A DNA stretch of 62,937 nt, counting the filler, from Octopus bimaculoides (lineage: Eukaryota): the NCBI RefSeq assembly GCF_001194135.2. It is 3 parts of 3 records of this genome, joined end to end, with 100 filler letters (N's around TTAATTAATTAA, not from the genome) between each part and the next. Parts side by side here need not be neighbours in the genome. Positions count along the whole stretch, not along the records: positions 1 to 28,836 come from NC_068985.1; positions 28,937 to 58,132 come from NC_068988.1; 1 more part is not named here. One strand, 5' to 3'. The notes beneath the pieces are model-generated. The model was not told the origin of the DNA. It worked only from the letters and a program-made list of their open reading frames with translations, and made no database searches. Each line of letters starts with the position of its first letter. Position 1 is the stretch's first letter. This document shows positions 28,516 through 40,479 of the stretch, in pieces. Made by a program: the position numbers and the translations under genes.

Positions 28516-28836
28516 TTTCTTTTATTAGCCACACAGGGCTCAACGAAGATGGGACAAATACAATGTAGAGCTTTTCTTTTTGGGAGGGGGAAGGAAGGAA
28601 AACAAAAAAAACAAAAAAAACAAAAAAAAATTGGTGGTGTCGATCAAAAGGGATCGTAGGAAGGGAAAAAGGGGCAGTTCGATCAAAAGGGATCGAAAAA
28701 AAAAGAAAAGGAAAGGCCGATCAATAGGGATCGTGTATCACACAGTAATGTTCTCGTGTAAAAGGGGGGAGGACAGTTTAGGTTTAGCCGTGGAAGGAAA
28801 AGCCCACGGAAAAGACCACGGTAACCTTGGTCAATA
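28516..28836 (-). mobile_element. LINE-like 3' UTR (probably L1/Tx1), cut by a scaffold join
   Basis: On the minus strand it ends in AATAAAgaaa directly followed by (TATC)n and contains three repeated hairpins. No coding part is visible. Confidence 0.45.
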
Positions 28837-28936
28837 NNNNNNNNNNNNNNNNNNNNNNNNNNNNNNNNNNNNNNNNNNNNTTAATTAATTAANNNNNNNN
28901 NNNNNNNNNNNNNNNNNNNNNNNNNNNNNNNNNNNN
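28837..28936. other. Artificial scaffold linker (44 N + TTAATTAATTAA + 44 N)
   Basis: Exactly 100 bp. The 12-mer puts stop codons in all six frames. Identical structure at 58133-58232. Confidence 0.92.
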
Positions 28937-29000
<64 letters not shown>

Positions 29001-29119
29001 ACACACCCACACACACATATCTTTCACTGGTTTTATTCAGTGAACTGCAGCGATGCTGGGGCACTGCCAAGAAAGGTTTAGTCGAACAATTGACCTTACT
29101 GCTTATTGTTTTTAAGCCT

Positions 29120-29225
29120 GGTGCCAATTCTCTGTTTTTCTATTTTATGATCCGCTAATTTACGGGGCCGTAAACAAACCAGCACCTATTGTCAAGCGCT
29201 GGCGGTAGATATATGTGTGTATATT

Positions 29226-29262
<37 letters not shown>

Positions 29263-29929
29263 ATACGACGTATTTCTTTATTTCTTATAGATTCCATCCA
29301 AATCCAGTCACAAGATTTTGGTCAGCCCGGTACTATAGTAGACAAAGGTGCCGTGCAAGGGAACTGAACCCGAGACTACGTGGTTAGGAAGCAAGTTTCT
29401 CAACTACATAGCCACGTCAGCTCTTGTATACAAATATATAGTATATGTTATATGATATTGTATTACATTATTCACTTTCTCAGTTCAAATTCCACCGAGG
29501 TCGACTTTGTCTTTCATCCTTTCAGGGTCGATAAAATAAGTACCCCGAAATTACTGGCCTTGTGCCAAAATTTGAAATCGAGTTTATTTTACACAATAAA
29601 CACTGTATTTTACTTTCAGCTTGCCGTTCCTTTATCAGTTGTTAGTTGGAGAAAGCAACGTTTTGGATGGTACTCTAACAGTTTTGTTTCCTCGAGCCAT
29701 GCATTCAAATGAAAAACGGATTAAAAATCTTTCATGAGCTCTCTGTGGCGAAAACAAAATAAACTTTATGCAATATAAAACTGTGGGGTAAGAAGTTTGC
29801 TTCCCTACCACATGATTGTGAGTTCAGTCCCATCGCATGACATCCTATGCAAGTGTCGCCTACTATAGCCCAGTGACGACCAAAGCCTTGTAAGTGGATT
29901 TGGTAGACGGGAAGGGAAAGAAACTCGTC

Positions 29930-29966
<37 letters not shown>

Positions 29967-30050
29967 AATAAGTCCTGAGGTCGATTTACTCGACTAAAGG
30001 CGGTGTTCCAGCATGGCCACAGTCAAATGAGTGAAACAAGTAAAAGAGTA
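29120..30050. mobile_element. Cluster of SINE pieces (family C minus 29120-29410, family A plus 29478-29580, family C plus 29770-30050)
   Basis: Family motifs as described for the other copies. Confidence 0.7.
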
Positions 30051-31190
30051 AAGAGTAAATATATATATATATAACGACGTGCGTGCGTGTATTTCTGTGT
30101 ATGTTTGTCCACTACATATGCGTAATAACCGCTGTTAGTTTCTTTACGTCCTCGTAACCAAGCGAATCGGCAAAAAGAAAGCACTGGAATAAGTGCCGTC
30201 GGGGAGAATACTTTAGAAGAATGAAAATTAAACAAGTTTCTATTTGGTACAATTCATGAAAGTAAATGAAAGCACTTTCCTTAGTGAGTTTTCTGTTTAT
30301 TGAACAACATCCAACAAATAAGAAAGGATACTGGAATCAGCATAAGTTTACTGACACTAGATTAAACTTATAATTTTGAAGAAATGTTTTTACTGATTGG
30401 TCTGATGACGAGCCCTTAAGGAGTTGCATCGAAATCTGAAGGGTTTGCACTTTGTCATTGTTACTTCGCTGCTCGGTAGCCATTATAAAGACATCCCTCA
30501 GGCATCTAGTACACAATAGATATGCCAGTAGCGGACAGTCGTTAATATATAGTGCTAATCTTAAATTCTCTGTATCCGTAAAGGGTAACTGGATATTATT
30601 CTTGTTTATTCTTCTGTAAAAAGCCAACTGAAGGTGAATTCTTAGCTTTGGCTTCTGTGACCAATTCAAAATTAGAGCCGAGAGTGTGCGCTCAAACTAT
30701 CGGAAACAGTATTAAACATTTTCAAGATATTCATATTTTTTTAAATTTCTAAGGAAGATTCAGATGAAGCTAAATTATTGCTAACAACAATACAGATATA
30801 CACAGCATAACAAATAATCAATATCCAAAGAACTTCACTTATATATTCATACTACCGATGAATGTTAATGATGCTTTTACAATTCACGTAAGTTAATCTT
30901 AAATATGCTTCTCTATTTACACAAGGAGTAATCCACAGAGTAACAAACAGATGTGTGCACTCAACACCGAAATAACACAAGCGGTATTTCCACAGACAAA
31001 CACACACACATACATACACACAGACAAACAGACAGGTAAGCAGACAGACAGACAGACAGACAGACAGACAGCGAGAGAGTGAGAGAGAGATTCAACAATT
31101 TCACATTCAAAAGGTTCTCTGTAATGTAGGTGCAAGTCTACAGAAATAATTCGATCATGTTTTAATCAGTTGGCTTTCTCTCTCCCCCCA

Positions 31191-31257
<67 letters not shown>

Positions 31258-32121
31258 NNNNNNNNNNNNNNNNNNNNNNNNNNNNNNNNNNNNNNNNNNN
31301 NNNNNNNNNNNNNNNNNNNNNNNNNNNNNNNNNNNNNNNNNNNNNNNNNNNNNNNNNNNNNNNNNNNNNNNNNNNNNNNNNNNNNNNNNNNNNNNNNNNN
31401 NNNNNNNNNNNNNNNNNNNNNNNNNNNNNNNNNNNNNNNNNNNNNNNNNNNNNNNNNNNNNNNNNNNNNNNNNNNNNNNNNNNNNNNNNNNNNNNNNNNN
31501 NNNNNNNNNNNNNNNNNNNNNNNNNNNNNNNNNNNNNNNNNNNNNNNNNNNNNNNNNNNNNNNNNNNNNNNNNNNNNNNNNNNNNNNNNNNNNNNNNNNN
31601 NNNNNNNNNNNNNNNNNNNNNNNNNNNNNNNNNNNNNNNNNNNNNNNNNNNNNNNNNNNNNNNNNNNNNNNNNNNNNNNNNNNNNNNNNNNNNNNNNNNN
31701 NNNNNNNNNNNNNNNNNNNNNNNNNNNNNNNNNNNNNNNNNNNNNNNNNNNNNNNNNNNNNNNNNNNNNNNNNNNNNNNNNNNNNNNNNNNNNNNNNNNN
31801 NNNNNNNNNNNNNNNNNATAATGCTAGATTATTATACATCGTAGTCTCTGATACAAAGAAAATGTAACGGTCACAGCAGGTATTCATTTTAACCATAGGT
31901 TTTTTTTGGGTGGGGGGGGGGCGGTGTCTGGAGAGAGTCATTCTATTTTAATGTCTTATTAATTAACACACTCAATGGTTCGATTTCCACACTTTTTTTT
32001 TTCTAAAATTTTCGTTGCTTCTTGCAACCTCTTTAATAGTTGTTGACTCAGTCCGTTCGTTATCAGAGCTGCGCTCATTTTGTTTGTTTGTTTGTGCGCA
32101 TGTATGTGCATGTGTTTACAC

Positions 32122-32152
<31 letters not shown>

Positions 32153-32869
32153 TGTATGTATGCGTGTGTGTATATTTGTGTGTATATATATGTGTGTGTG
32201 TATTTGTGTGTGTACTTCTGTCTCCTTATGTGTGCGTGTTTGAGTGTGTCTATGGGTTTGTGTGACTTTTGTTTGTTTCTATTAGAACTTACCTGGAGAT
32301 AAACAACTATATCAACATTATCATCATCAACAATAAGAAACCAATGAAAGAATACAAAATTAAAAGAATCTAAATTCAGAATTATCAACAAGCAACATCT
32401 ATTAAAAACTCTATTTCCCAACATAGAACATCTTCATATATAAATAAAAACACTAAGTGATGTGTACGCTTATGTCCTGAAGGGATTAAAAACGGTAGCC
32501 TTCTTTTTTTTTTGTTTGTATAAAAGCTTTTTTTATACAAAATGGAAGCCTTTTTTGTATAAAGTAATGCTGATCTACTTTTATTACACTTACCAACAAC
32601 ACGACCAGTCAGTCAGACAAAATCAGATATGTTCTTCATATTAAAGGTAAACTTGAAGTAAGTAAGTTAGACCTTTTCAATGATAGAAGAATACAATTTA
32701 CTATCAAAACTGAGCTCAATGATTGCACCTAAAAAAAATGCAGTTGATCAACTTATTGTTTTCTACTTTCTTGTGTAAGTATATACATGTGTGTATATGA
32801 ACCAGCTAGAGAGTCTGCCATGTATGAATAGTTAACTATCACCCAATCTTACTCACTTCCCATATCATT

Positions 32870-34215
32870 AAAGTGTTTGAAAGGGTAGTGAGACCAAGGA
32901 TAACTGGCTTCTTGAAGAGGCATAACATTTTAAATTCCAACCAGCATGGCTTTCGCTGCGGCAGTGACTGCCTAACACAGCTTTTACATCACATCAATGA
33001 TGTACCTAAAGATTTGGGATCAGGTTCGAACTCTGATGTCATATATCTTGACTTCAGCAAAGCGTTCGACAGAGTCCACCACAATATCCTCCTGTTAAAA
33101 TTGTCCAGTGCTGGAATCCGTAATAAACTGCTGTACTGGATTAAGTGTTTCCTGTTGAACAGAACACATGTTGCGATTGGTGGAATCCACTCAAAAGCCA
33201 CCAATGGCGTCCTTCGGGGGACTGTTTTGAGCTCGCTTCTCTTTATAATCTGTATAAATATCTCATGCGTCATCAAACACAGCAAAATAAAAAAATATTA
33301 GCAGATGACTTCAAACTTTAGAAAATAATCACCGGAGAATAAAATCGAATTAAACTCCAGCCTGATCAACATGCGGTTAGATGAGGGGAAATTTGTACAC
33401 ATGCCCTTTGGAAAAAAAAAGAATGCGCTCTAACAACCTTATTTTCTTCCTTCAGGTGAACTAACTCACAGCATCCAACAATATCAAGGACTTAGAAGTC
33501 ATTCATTGTTGACCACAATCTCGGTTGGACTACTCACATCAACCTTAAATTCGATATGGCTGGCAGGATGAGCTCCTGGATCCTCAGAACTTCTCGGTCC
33601 AGAGAGCAAGATGTCATCATTCCCCCTCTTTACAGCCACAGCTTGACTACTGCTGTCACCTGTGGTCTCCTTACACCAAACAAAATATTACGAGAATTGA
33701 GTCACCCCAGAGGGCAATCACTAAAAACCTAAAGGGCATGACTGATCTTAATTATTGGGACCTTTTATTTAAACATTGAAACTGTATTCTCTCCAGCGCT
33801 GCCGTGAGCGGTACATCATTTGCACAATGAGGAAAATATACAACCAAACGATCTTAATATCTAATTCAGGAATTCATCCAAGGCCATACACCCGCTACAC
33901 AATTCAGGCTCACGTAAATACACTACAACAATTTCTTTTCTTCAACACGCCCTACTCTATTTCACATTATCTCAATAGAAATCAAAGAAAAAGATCCCAT
34001 CAGCTTCAAACAATACCAGGACAAACTTCTTCAACGGTTACCAGATAAGCCACCCATACCTAGATACATCTCAGTCAACAACAAATCCCTACTTGAGTGG
34101 GCAATGATACCACAAAACTTGACTTAAAAATGACTTAACAGATCCTATCAGGTGACGCTATTAAGTTAGGCATGGCCTGGGCCAATCTTTGACCGAAACA
34201 TATCAAAGTTATCTA
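32870..34215 (+). mobile_element. CR1-like LINE, 5'-truncated RT and 3' end
   Basis: FERVV..RI..FL...NILNSNQHGFR.G..CLTQLL, DVIYLDFSKAFDRVHHNILL.KL and G...GTVL..LLFII.IN; later LDYC..LWSP-like and LYSLQR.RERY.I motifs. Confidence 0.88.
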
Positions 34216-34773
34216 AGTTATACATTATCTCAATTACTCCTTGCATTTTCAATATACTGTTCTCAAACAATATATCCTTTCTTGTGGACATTTCTTTGCA
34301 AACGATCGCTAAGATAACATCATCAACATCTACCATCACTGGGATTTTGCCTCGATTCCTTCATTTCATTACATGTATCACGTATTCGATAGTAGGTCTG
34401 ATTTCTGCAAAAATTCTATAGTTTGGTCATTGACTATTATTTTCGAATGACTTCTATATAAATTATGATTTAAAATAGCGGTATAATTTAGTCTTGTCAA
34501 AAGAGCGATACGGTATACTAACGAAGAAGCACCAGTTGTATGTGATTTGAGGGACATGTAACTGTTATTTCCAGAATACCCACATACCATCAATGGCCAT
34601 CCAATAACGTATACATCTCTACATTAAATGTGTCTGTATGATTGATTGGTGACGTGGATTTGTCTGTCGTTGGCTTATCCGAACAAATACACACACATAA
34701 GACAGTAGGCTGTGGCTATTGTTTTAGCCTGTCGAGCGACTGCAATGGGGTTCTCACGCAAAAAACAATTGCA

Positions 34774-34804
<31 letters not shown>

Positions 34805-37800
34805 TGTATGCATGTATTGTATGTATGTTTGCGGCCAGGTTGTTTGTGAGAAGTACAGGTAAAATGTACATCAGTATATTTTGTTGCATGGTTGGCTCGT
34901 CAGCGACTCAACAGGCACCCTAACCAAGTTTGCATGATGAGGTGGGTAACTTCGGACGCCAATTTCAACAACTATTTTTAACATGTCGAACTCGTAAGCG
35001 ATCTCTCGCAGAACAACACTAACATCATCAATGTTATGAATATTGTTGAATATCAGTATATATAATATGCGACGTCTTTGTGTATAAATGTTTTTTATGA
35101 GTAACACTTACGTATTTGAAGCTGTTGAATTTGTTCAACTTTATAATATTTGTTTTCTCAATCATTCGACACAAGCTGGAGTCATTAATTTTTCATTTTT
35201 TTTGTTTCTTTGTTTTATTTTTTGTATGTTTCATAATGCTTAATGAAACAGATTGAAGTTTTCTAAATTAACCAACAGCGTTTCTACATTATTGCTGCAA
35301 CAGCGCTCTATTTAGTTGTTCTGCTTGTCTTTTGTATCAGAAAGTTCATTCTCGTTTCCTAATGCTTGACTAATGTTTTAATGCTCATAAAGTTTGACGA
35401 TTTTTTGTGCATCGCAAAATTTATAAGAGATTTGTTCATCACTATTGTAGACCAAACAGAAAAATCCTTCCCTCTAAATTTTCAGACAAGATCTCCACTT
35501 ACTTGCTGGAGTTTATCTTTTGTATTCGGAAGTTGATTATGCTATCTTCATTGTCTCATAATTCTCCCGGCATCGCAACAGTCATAGTATGCTACTTTAG
35601 CGTGTGTTCTAGCGCACTATCTATATATCTATAGTCTACTCAGTGAAATTACCTAATCTGGGTTAGGGTTAGGATTAGGAACACTTTGAAATTACAGATT
35701 GAAAGTTCAAAAGGTCAAAGTATGTTAGTACTTTCTCATGTCTACACAAGAAATGTTATTCTTCTTGAACTTCTGCAGTGAATCATTCCTGTACAGAATT
35801 TTGAGAAAGATAAATATAATTTTCTTTTTTTCATATATTTTGGTATTTTCCTTTCCTTCTTCATCCTCTTTCATCCGTAACTTCTTCAATAACGTCGTCA
35901 TTATTGACGGATCGAGTACTCTAGTTGATAATAAAGGGCGTTCCAGTTGTGACCACCTCGCTGATTTGTAAATCAGTAACTGTTATTCAAAGTAGTATTT
36001 ACGACCGCAGGATGTGATCTGTGGGTGATTCAGGTACTGTTTCACAGAAGTTCAGTGACAATGTTTCGCCTCAAGATTGAGTCCTTAGAAGACAATTTGA
36101 GATGGGTGCAAAAAGTGATAAAATTTGAATGGTCTTCTGGGATCGATAAAACACTGAGGTCGATGTAATCGACTTACCTCATTCTCTGAACATAATGGCC
36201 TTCTGCCAAAATTTGAAACCAGTATTCCGGATGTTTTAATTTTGCATGTGTGAATGCCTGTTGAATCAGCAGACGAAATGAGGGAGACAACAATCTGATT
36301 GCCCGACATGCTAGAAATAACAGTCAAAGCGCTAAAAATTATTGTTCCACAATTCCACTTTTTCATAGTATCCTCTTCCCTAGCTTTTAGAATAACGCCC
36401 ACAGAAATATGGAATGCATCGGCCTAGTTTTTCCTATTCCCTAAACTAACTTATATGTTGTTGTTGTTGTCGTTTCTTGTATTTGTTTTTTGTTTTTGTT
36501 GTTTTCTGCCCCATCTTTTTTATTAATGAGAAACCGAAATAGAGTTTTCGTCCTATTTTCTTTACCTTAGTTTTAGACAAGTTTTACTTGTTTCAAATCG
36601 TCTCTAAAATCCAACACTGAAACACCGTTTAAGCCTTCAGACCGAAACAGTAAGTTGTGAATTTCTAAAAAATTTTCACTATATATTGTTTAACCATTGC
36701 GTCTTTAGATTCTTATAGACTTGCACCTAGCTCCTACTTCTGACTAAAAACGTGCCCTACCATTTGATTTGCTTCTTAGTCTTCAATTGTAATTCCATCC
36801 ACATCTAAGATATATTATAGCAGTATTTTTCATAGAGGATAAATAGCCTCCTGAGGTGTTGAGAAGATTAAAAAAGTGGGTGAACAAATCACCATATTTT
36901 ACAAAAAAAATAAGATTATTTAAAATAAAATCTCGCTTGTCCAACACCATGGCAACGAGAATACACGAGGTATTTCTTGAGAGTGTGAACCGGATCAGAC
37001 CTCTTTTGCCTCAAATTGGTTGATTCATATTTGCTGTACAGCTTTCTGACAGGCCCCATTTTTATTCATCTACTGCTATTTTATTGGCATTTTCTCTCCT
37101 TCATCTTGAGTTCCTTATTGGCATTTTATGTAATATACTTTTTGTCGATTTATAAATTTACTATAGTTTAAACATTTCATTTTTTTATCTTTTATGCAAA
37201 TGCATAAATGAGTTTTTATTTCCATAATAATTCTTTTATTTTTGCTGTAAAAGCGTTACATGTAAAAAGATTGGACCAGCAGGAAAATGCTGACTCAGGA
37301 GGGATGATAATGCAGCACAAGAAACGAAGAAGCTTAATGCAGCTGAAGTTTTGAATTGAAATTTTAAAACTGTCTTCAGTTTAATTCAAATATAAAGTAT
37401 ACTTCTCTCTTTAGATTTTTATTACCCCTATGAAGGAAATTCTATATGTAACTCCCTATATAATAAAATTTGGTGGCTAATGAGAGGAGTTGAAGTACTC
37501 GTATATGATAGAGATGCAGCCTTTTTTCATAACTGATCTTTCTCTCCTGTTTTCCCAACTTTGAGCTGACAGTTGGCATACAAAAATATGAGCTCATTTA
37601 GTGATGGGAAAGTGACAGAATGCAATTTAACTTACCTAGTGACAGTCAAACTAGGCTATAGAATCCTGTCAGATGAGAGATAAGTGATATGGTGGTTTTT
37701 GTGAGGTCTATGTTCTCCCACTAAAAAATGAAAAGGTATCCCTAATAAAGAAAAAGGATTCGATATTTACGCCCATGAAGCTATGAAAATTCAACACTCT

Positions 37801-38638
37801 TGGGCTCTCGATGCCCTAACCCAACTCTCATCCCAACACTTACGTCTTCTAAAAAGCTTGATCAATAAAACTTTTTTCTTCAAAATGCACCAAATTTAAT
37901 TTATCTTCTTCAAACAGCAAAAAACATTGGCTATGATCTCAATTAGTCATTTACAAGAAAGGATGCTATGAAAGAAAATACCCCTTTCAAATTTAACCAG
38001 ATTACAAAGATGCTACTGAAGTGCACCCTAATCTATTTTTAATCGTCTCCCTAATTTTTTAAAATCTGAAACTCAACCAAAAGATATATTATTTAAATTA
38101 AAATTTCAACTTCAGCTGCAATATTTTTAAGCTTCCTCTTCTTGCCCTGTACTTTTCCAGATTCAATAAAGAATTAACTGCGCCCGCATTTTCCTTGCGT
38201 ATAAATGGATATGCAATGCGTACACACACATACACACATATATATGTATATATAATTTACAGTGTGTGTGTGTGTGTGTGTATGTGTGTGTGTGGGTATA
38301 CATGTAAACATATATGTATATCTACGTACGCATACGTATTTATGTGAATGCATATTTGCGCGCACATGTATGAGAGAGAAAGAGTTTGTGCGTGTGTGTG
38401 AATGCTAAGTTAGAATTGAAAGCTTAATCTGGAAGCAAATTTTTTTTAATATGATAGAAGTTATACACATGTGTATGTATGTATGTATGTATGTATGTAT
38501 GTATGTATGTATGTATGTATGTATGTATGTATGCAGGGGTTGAAGGCAAGCAGCTCAAACAAAATAGAAATATATGGTAAATAATTTGAAAATAACATAA
38601 CTGAGCCATTCATTCGCATCAGAATTTTAATAATAATA

Positions 38639-39988
38639 TTAACATGAATGCTGCAAATATTCTGATGAAACACTTGCAAAAGGTTCGCGTTTAACTATTA
38701 AATCACAATAGTTTCCTGCGTAGTAATACACATGCATCGTCCGTGACGATCGATTCTGACCTGGTGGATCATAAGCTTTCCAGAAATATTCATCATTCGA
38801 TACACGAACAAGAGCTTCAACTTTTGTCATAAACATCACTGAAAATGCAAGAATTTGTTTATCTTCACGTGTTGTGTGGCCGAGTAATTTAGATCTACAA
38901 CTTGGATCCTTGTCATCACATTTGAAATTGTAATCTAAACGCATAGAAAAAATATCAATTATTTGTCGTAGTTTATCATGGAAGTTGATATTTCCGAAAA
39001 GAAAGATGCTGGCACACATGAAGAAGTCGGTGTTATCGCCACTATTAACACTGACATTGATTTCGGTACCTTGTTCCTGGACTTTTTTGTTTGCAGTTCG
39101 AGGTGACGCATTCTCATCGCTCTGGACAAATGCATCACAATTCATATTTTCCATCCGGTTAACTTCAACAAAGTCAATATTTTGAATGTAATACCGAAAC
39201 TTATGGTGAGTTTCTAACCTCATATTATGTTTGATCCAGTTTTCCACAGTTAACCTTTTATTTGATCCCAATATGTGTCTATTGGAAGTATTAGAAACAT
39301 TAGCATTTGTTCTGTCAGTTTTATCCAAATTCAGCAAAACATCTTGGCAATTCTTCATATTTGATATATGAGGTGAATCAATTCCAGAACTAGATTCCTC
39401 AGTTCGTTTTTCGTTTTCTGTCTTGTCATTTTCTAAACTCCCCTTTATAGGCTTCTCTTTTTCTTTTCCTGAATCGCATAATGTTAAATTTGAAATAGAG
39501 ATGTTGCCATTTTCTATGATTTCTTCTGTTTCCTCCTTTATACAAATACTTTCTTTTGCCAAAATATTTTTAACAGCTTCTTCACTTTCTATAACATTAT
39601 TGATGTCTGGTTCGTTTTCATTTTGATTTAGATTATCATCCTCTGATTTATCTTTCACGGGAAATACACTTTTCCCCCCTTTTATTTCAACAATTCTTTG
39701 CGAATTCGAAGCAAACGGAACGCAACGATACTTTCTACTGTCACTCTTAACATTTTCTTTTGGTAAGTTTTCTCTTCTTTTCCCTCCTTCAGTCTGCATT
39801 GAGTGACTTCCTGGTCTTTGAGTTCTTGTGGTTGAATAAAACGTTTCACAACCAACAAGCCATGATTTTCCTTTCCGATATTTTTTAGTAACAATTTCTG
39901 TAAAACGCTCCTCCATATACACTGAAGAACCACCATCGTCAGACCAATAATTTGAATTTTCGTCCATTTTTTCTTTATCATCAGCCAT
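38639..39988 (-). CDS. Single-exon ORF (449 aa from MADDKEK): long acidic/low-complexity N-terminus plus C-terminal degenerate OTU-like domain (predicted catalytically inactive)
   Basis: 1350 nt open frame in AT-rich, TE-dense DNA. The track start at 40009 is TTG; the first ATG is at 39988 (aatATGG context). The C-terminus has the OTU layout: GDNTDFFMCASIFLFGNINFHDKLR (cf. GDGNCxFRAxSxxLxGxxxxHxxLR), KQILAFSVMFMTKV (cf. EI.AxAxxF), and MHVYYYAGNYCDLIV (cf. GNHYDxx). Confidence 0.8.
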   Translation of the reverse strand: MADDKEKMDENSNYWSDDGGSSVYMEERFTEIVTKKYRKGKSWLVGCETFYSTTRTQRPGSHSMQTEGGKRRENLPKENVKSDSRKYRCVPFASNSQRIVEIKGGKSVFPVKDKSEDDNLNQNENEPDINNVIESEEAVKNILAKESICIKEETEEIIENGNISISNLTLCDSGKEKEKPIKGSLENDKTENEKRTEESSSGIDSPHISNMKNCQDVLLNLDKTDRTNANVSNTSNRHILGSNKRLTVENWIKHNMRLETHHKFRYYIQNIDFVEVNRMENMNCDAFVQSDENASPRTANKKVQEQGTEINVSVNSGDNTDFFMCASIFLFGNINFHDKLRQIIDIFSMRLDYNFKCDDKDPSCRSKLLGHTTREDKQILAFSVMFMTKVEALVRVSNDEYFWKAYDPPGQNRSSRTMHVYYYAGNYCDLIVKREPFASVSSEYLQHSC

Positions 39989-40479
39989 ATTTAAGAAGAA
40001 TATATACAAATATATATATTTACAGACGAAAAGCCAACCGAAATGAACGTCGTTTGGAAACGATGGAGTCCTCCCGTGTGCTGAGAGAGAAACCCTTACC
40101 TGTGTTGGGACAATGATAGTTCAATCCAAAATGTTTCACACTAGACACAGTAGACTAGTTTTAAAACAACGATTTCATAAACAACACAGGTCTTTAAGCA
40201 AAACTGAAGCTAAAAGTATTCAGTTAAAGGAATTTTCAACATTAATTTTATTGATTTATTGCAAGAGAATAAAGTCATATGATTAAAGACGTTTTCAAAA
40301 GTTGTTACGTTTTGCGTACGTCATAAACAAAATGCTTCAAAACATGAGTTAAAAACGTTGTAATAATAATCATAGCTACTATTCAAATTTTTGGAGTGTT
40401 TGCTGATTATATCAACTTCAGTACTTGACTAGTACTTTATTTTATCGACCCAAAAAGCAATCGTTCTTTGTCTACCGTA

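Noticed and set aside
30403-30440. Hammerhead ribozyme (ctgatga...gaaa)
   Set aside because: Stem II does not pair and no stem I or III partners were found.
35740-35990. Minus-strand frame LLIYKSARWSQLERP...MKEDEEGKENTKIYEKKK as an exon
   Set aside because: No recognisable domain, a weak acceptor and under 90 codons. It cannot be supported without RNA data.
36949-37350. Plus-strand two-exon gene MATRIHE / ALHVKRLDQQENAD
   Set aside because: The donor and acceptor phases are incompatible; the direct join gives an immediate stop.
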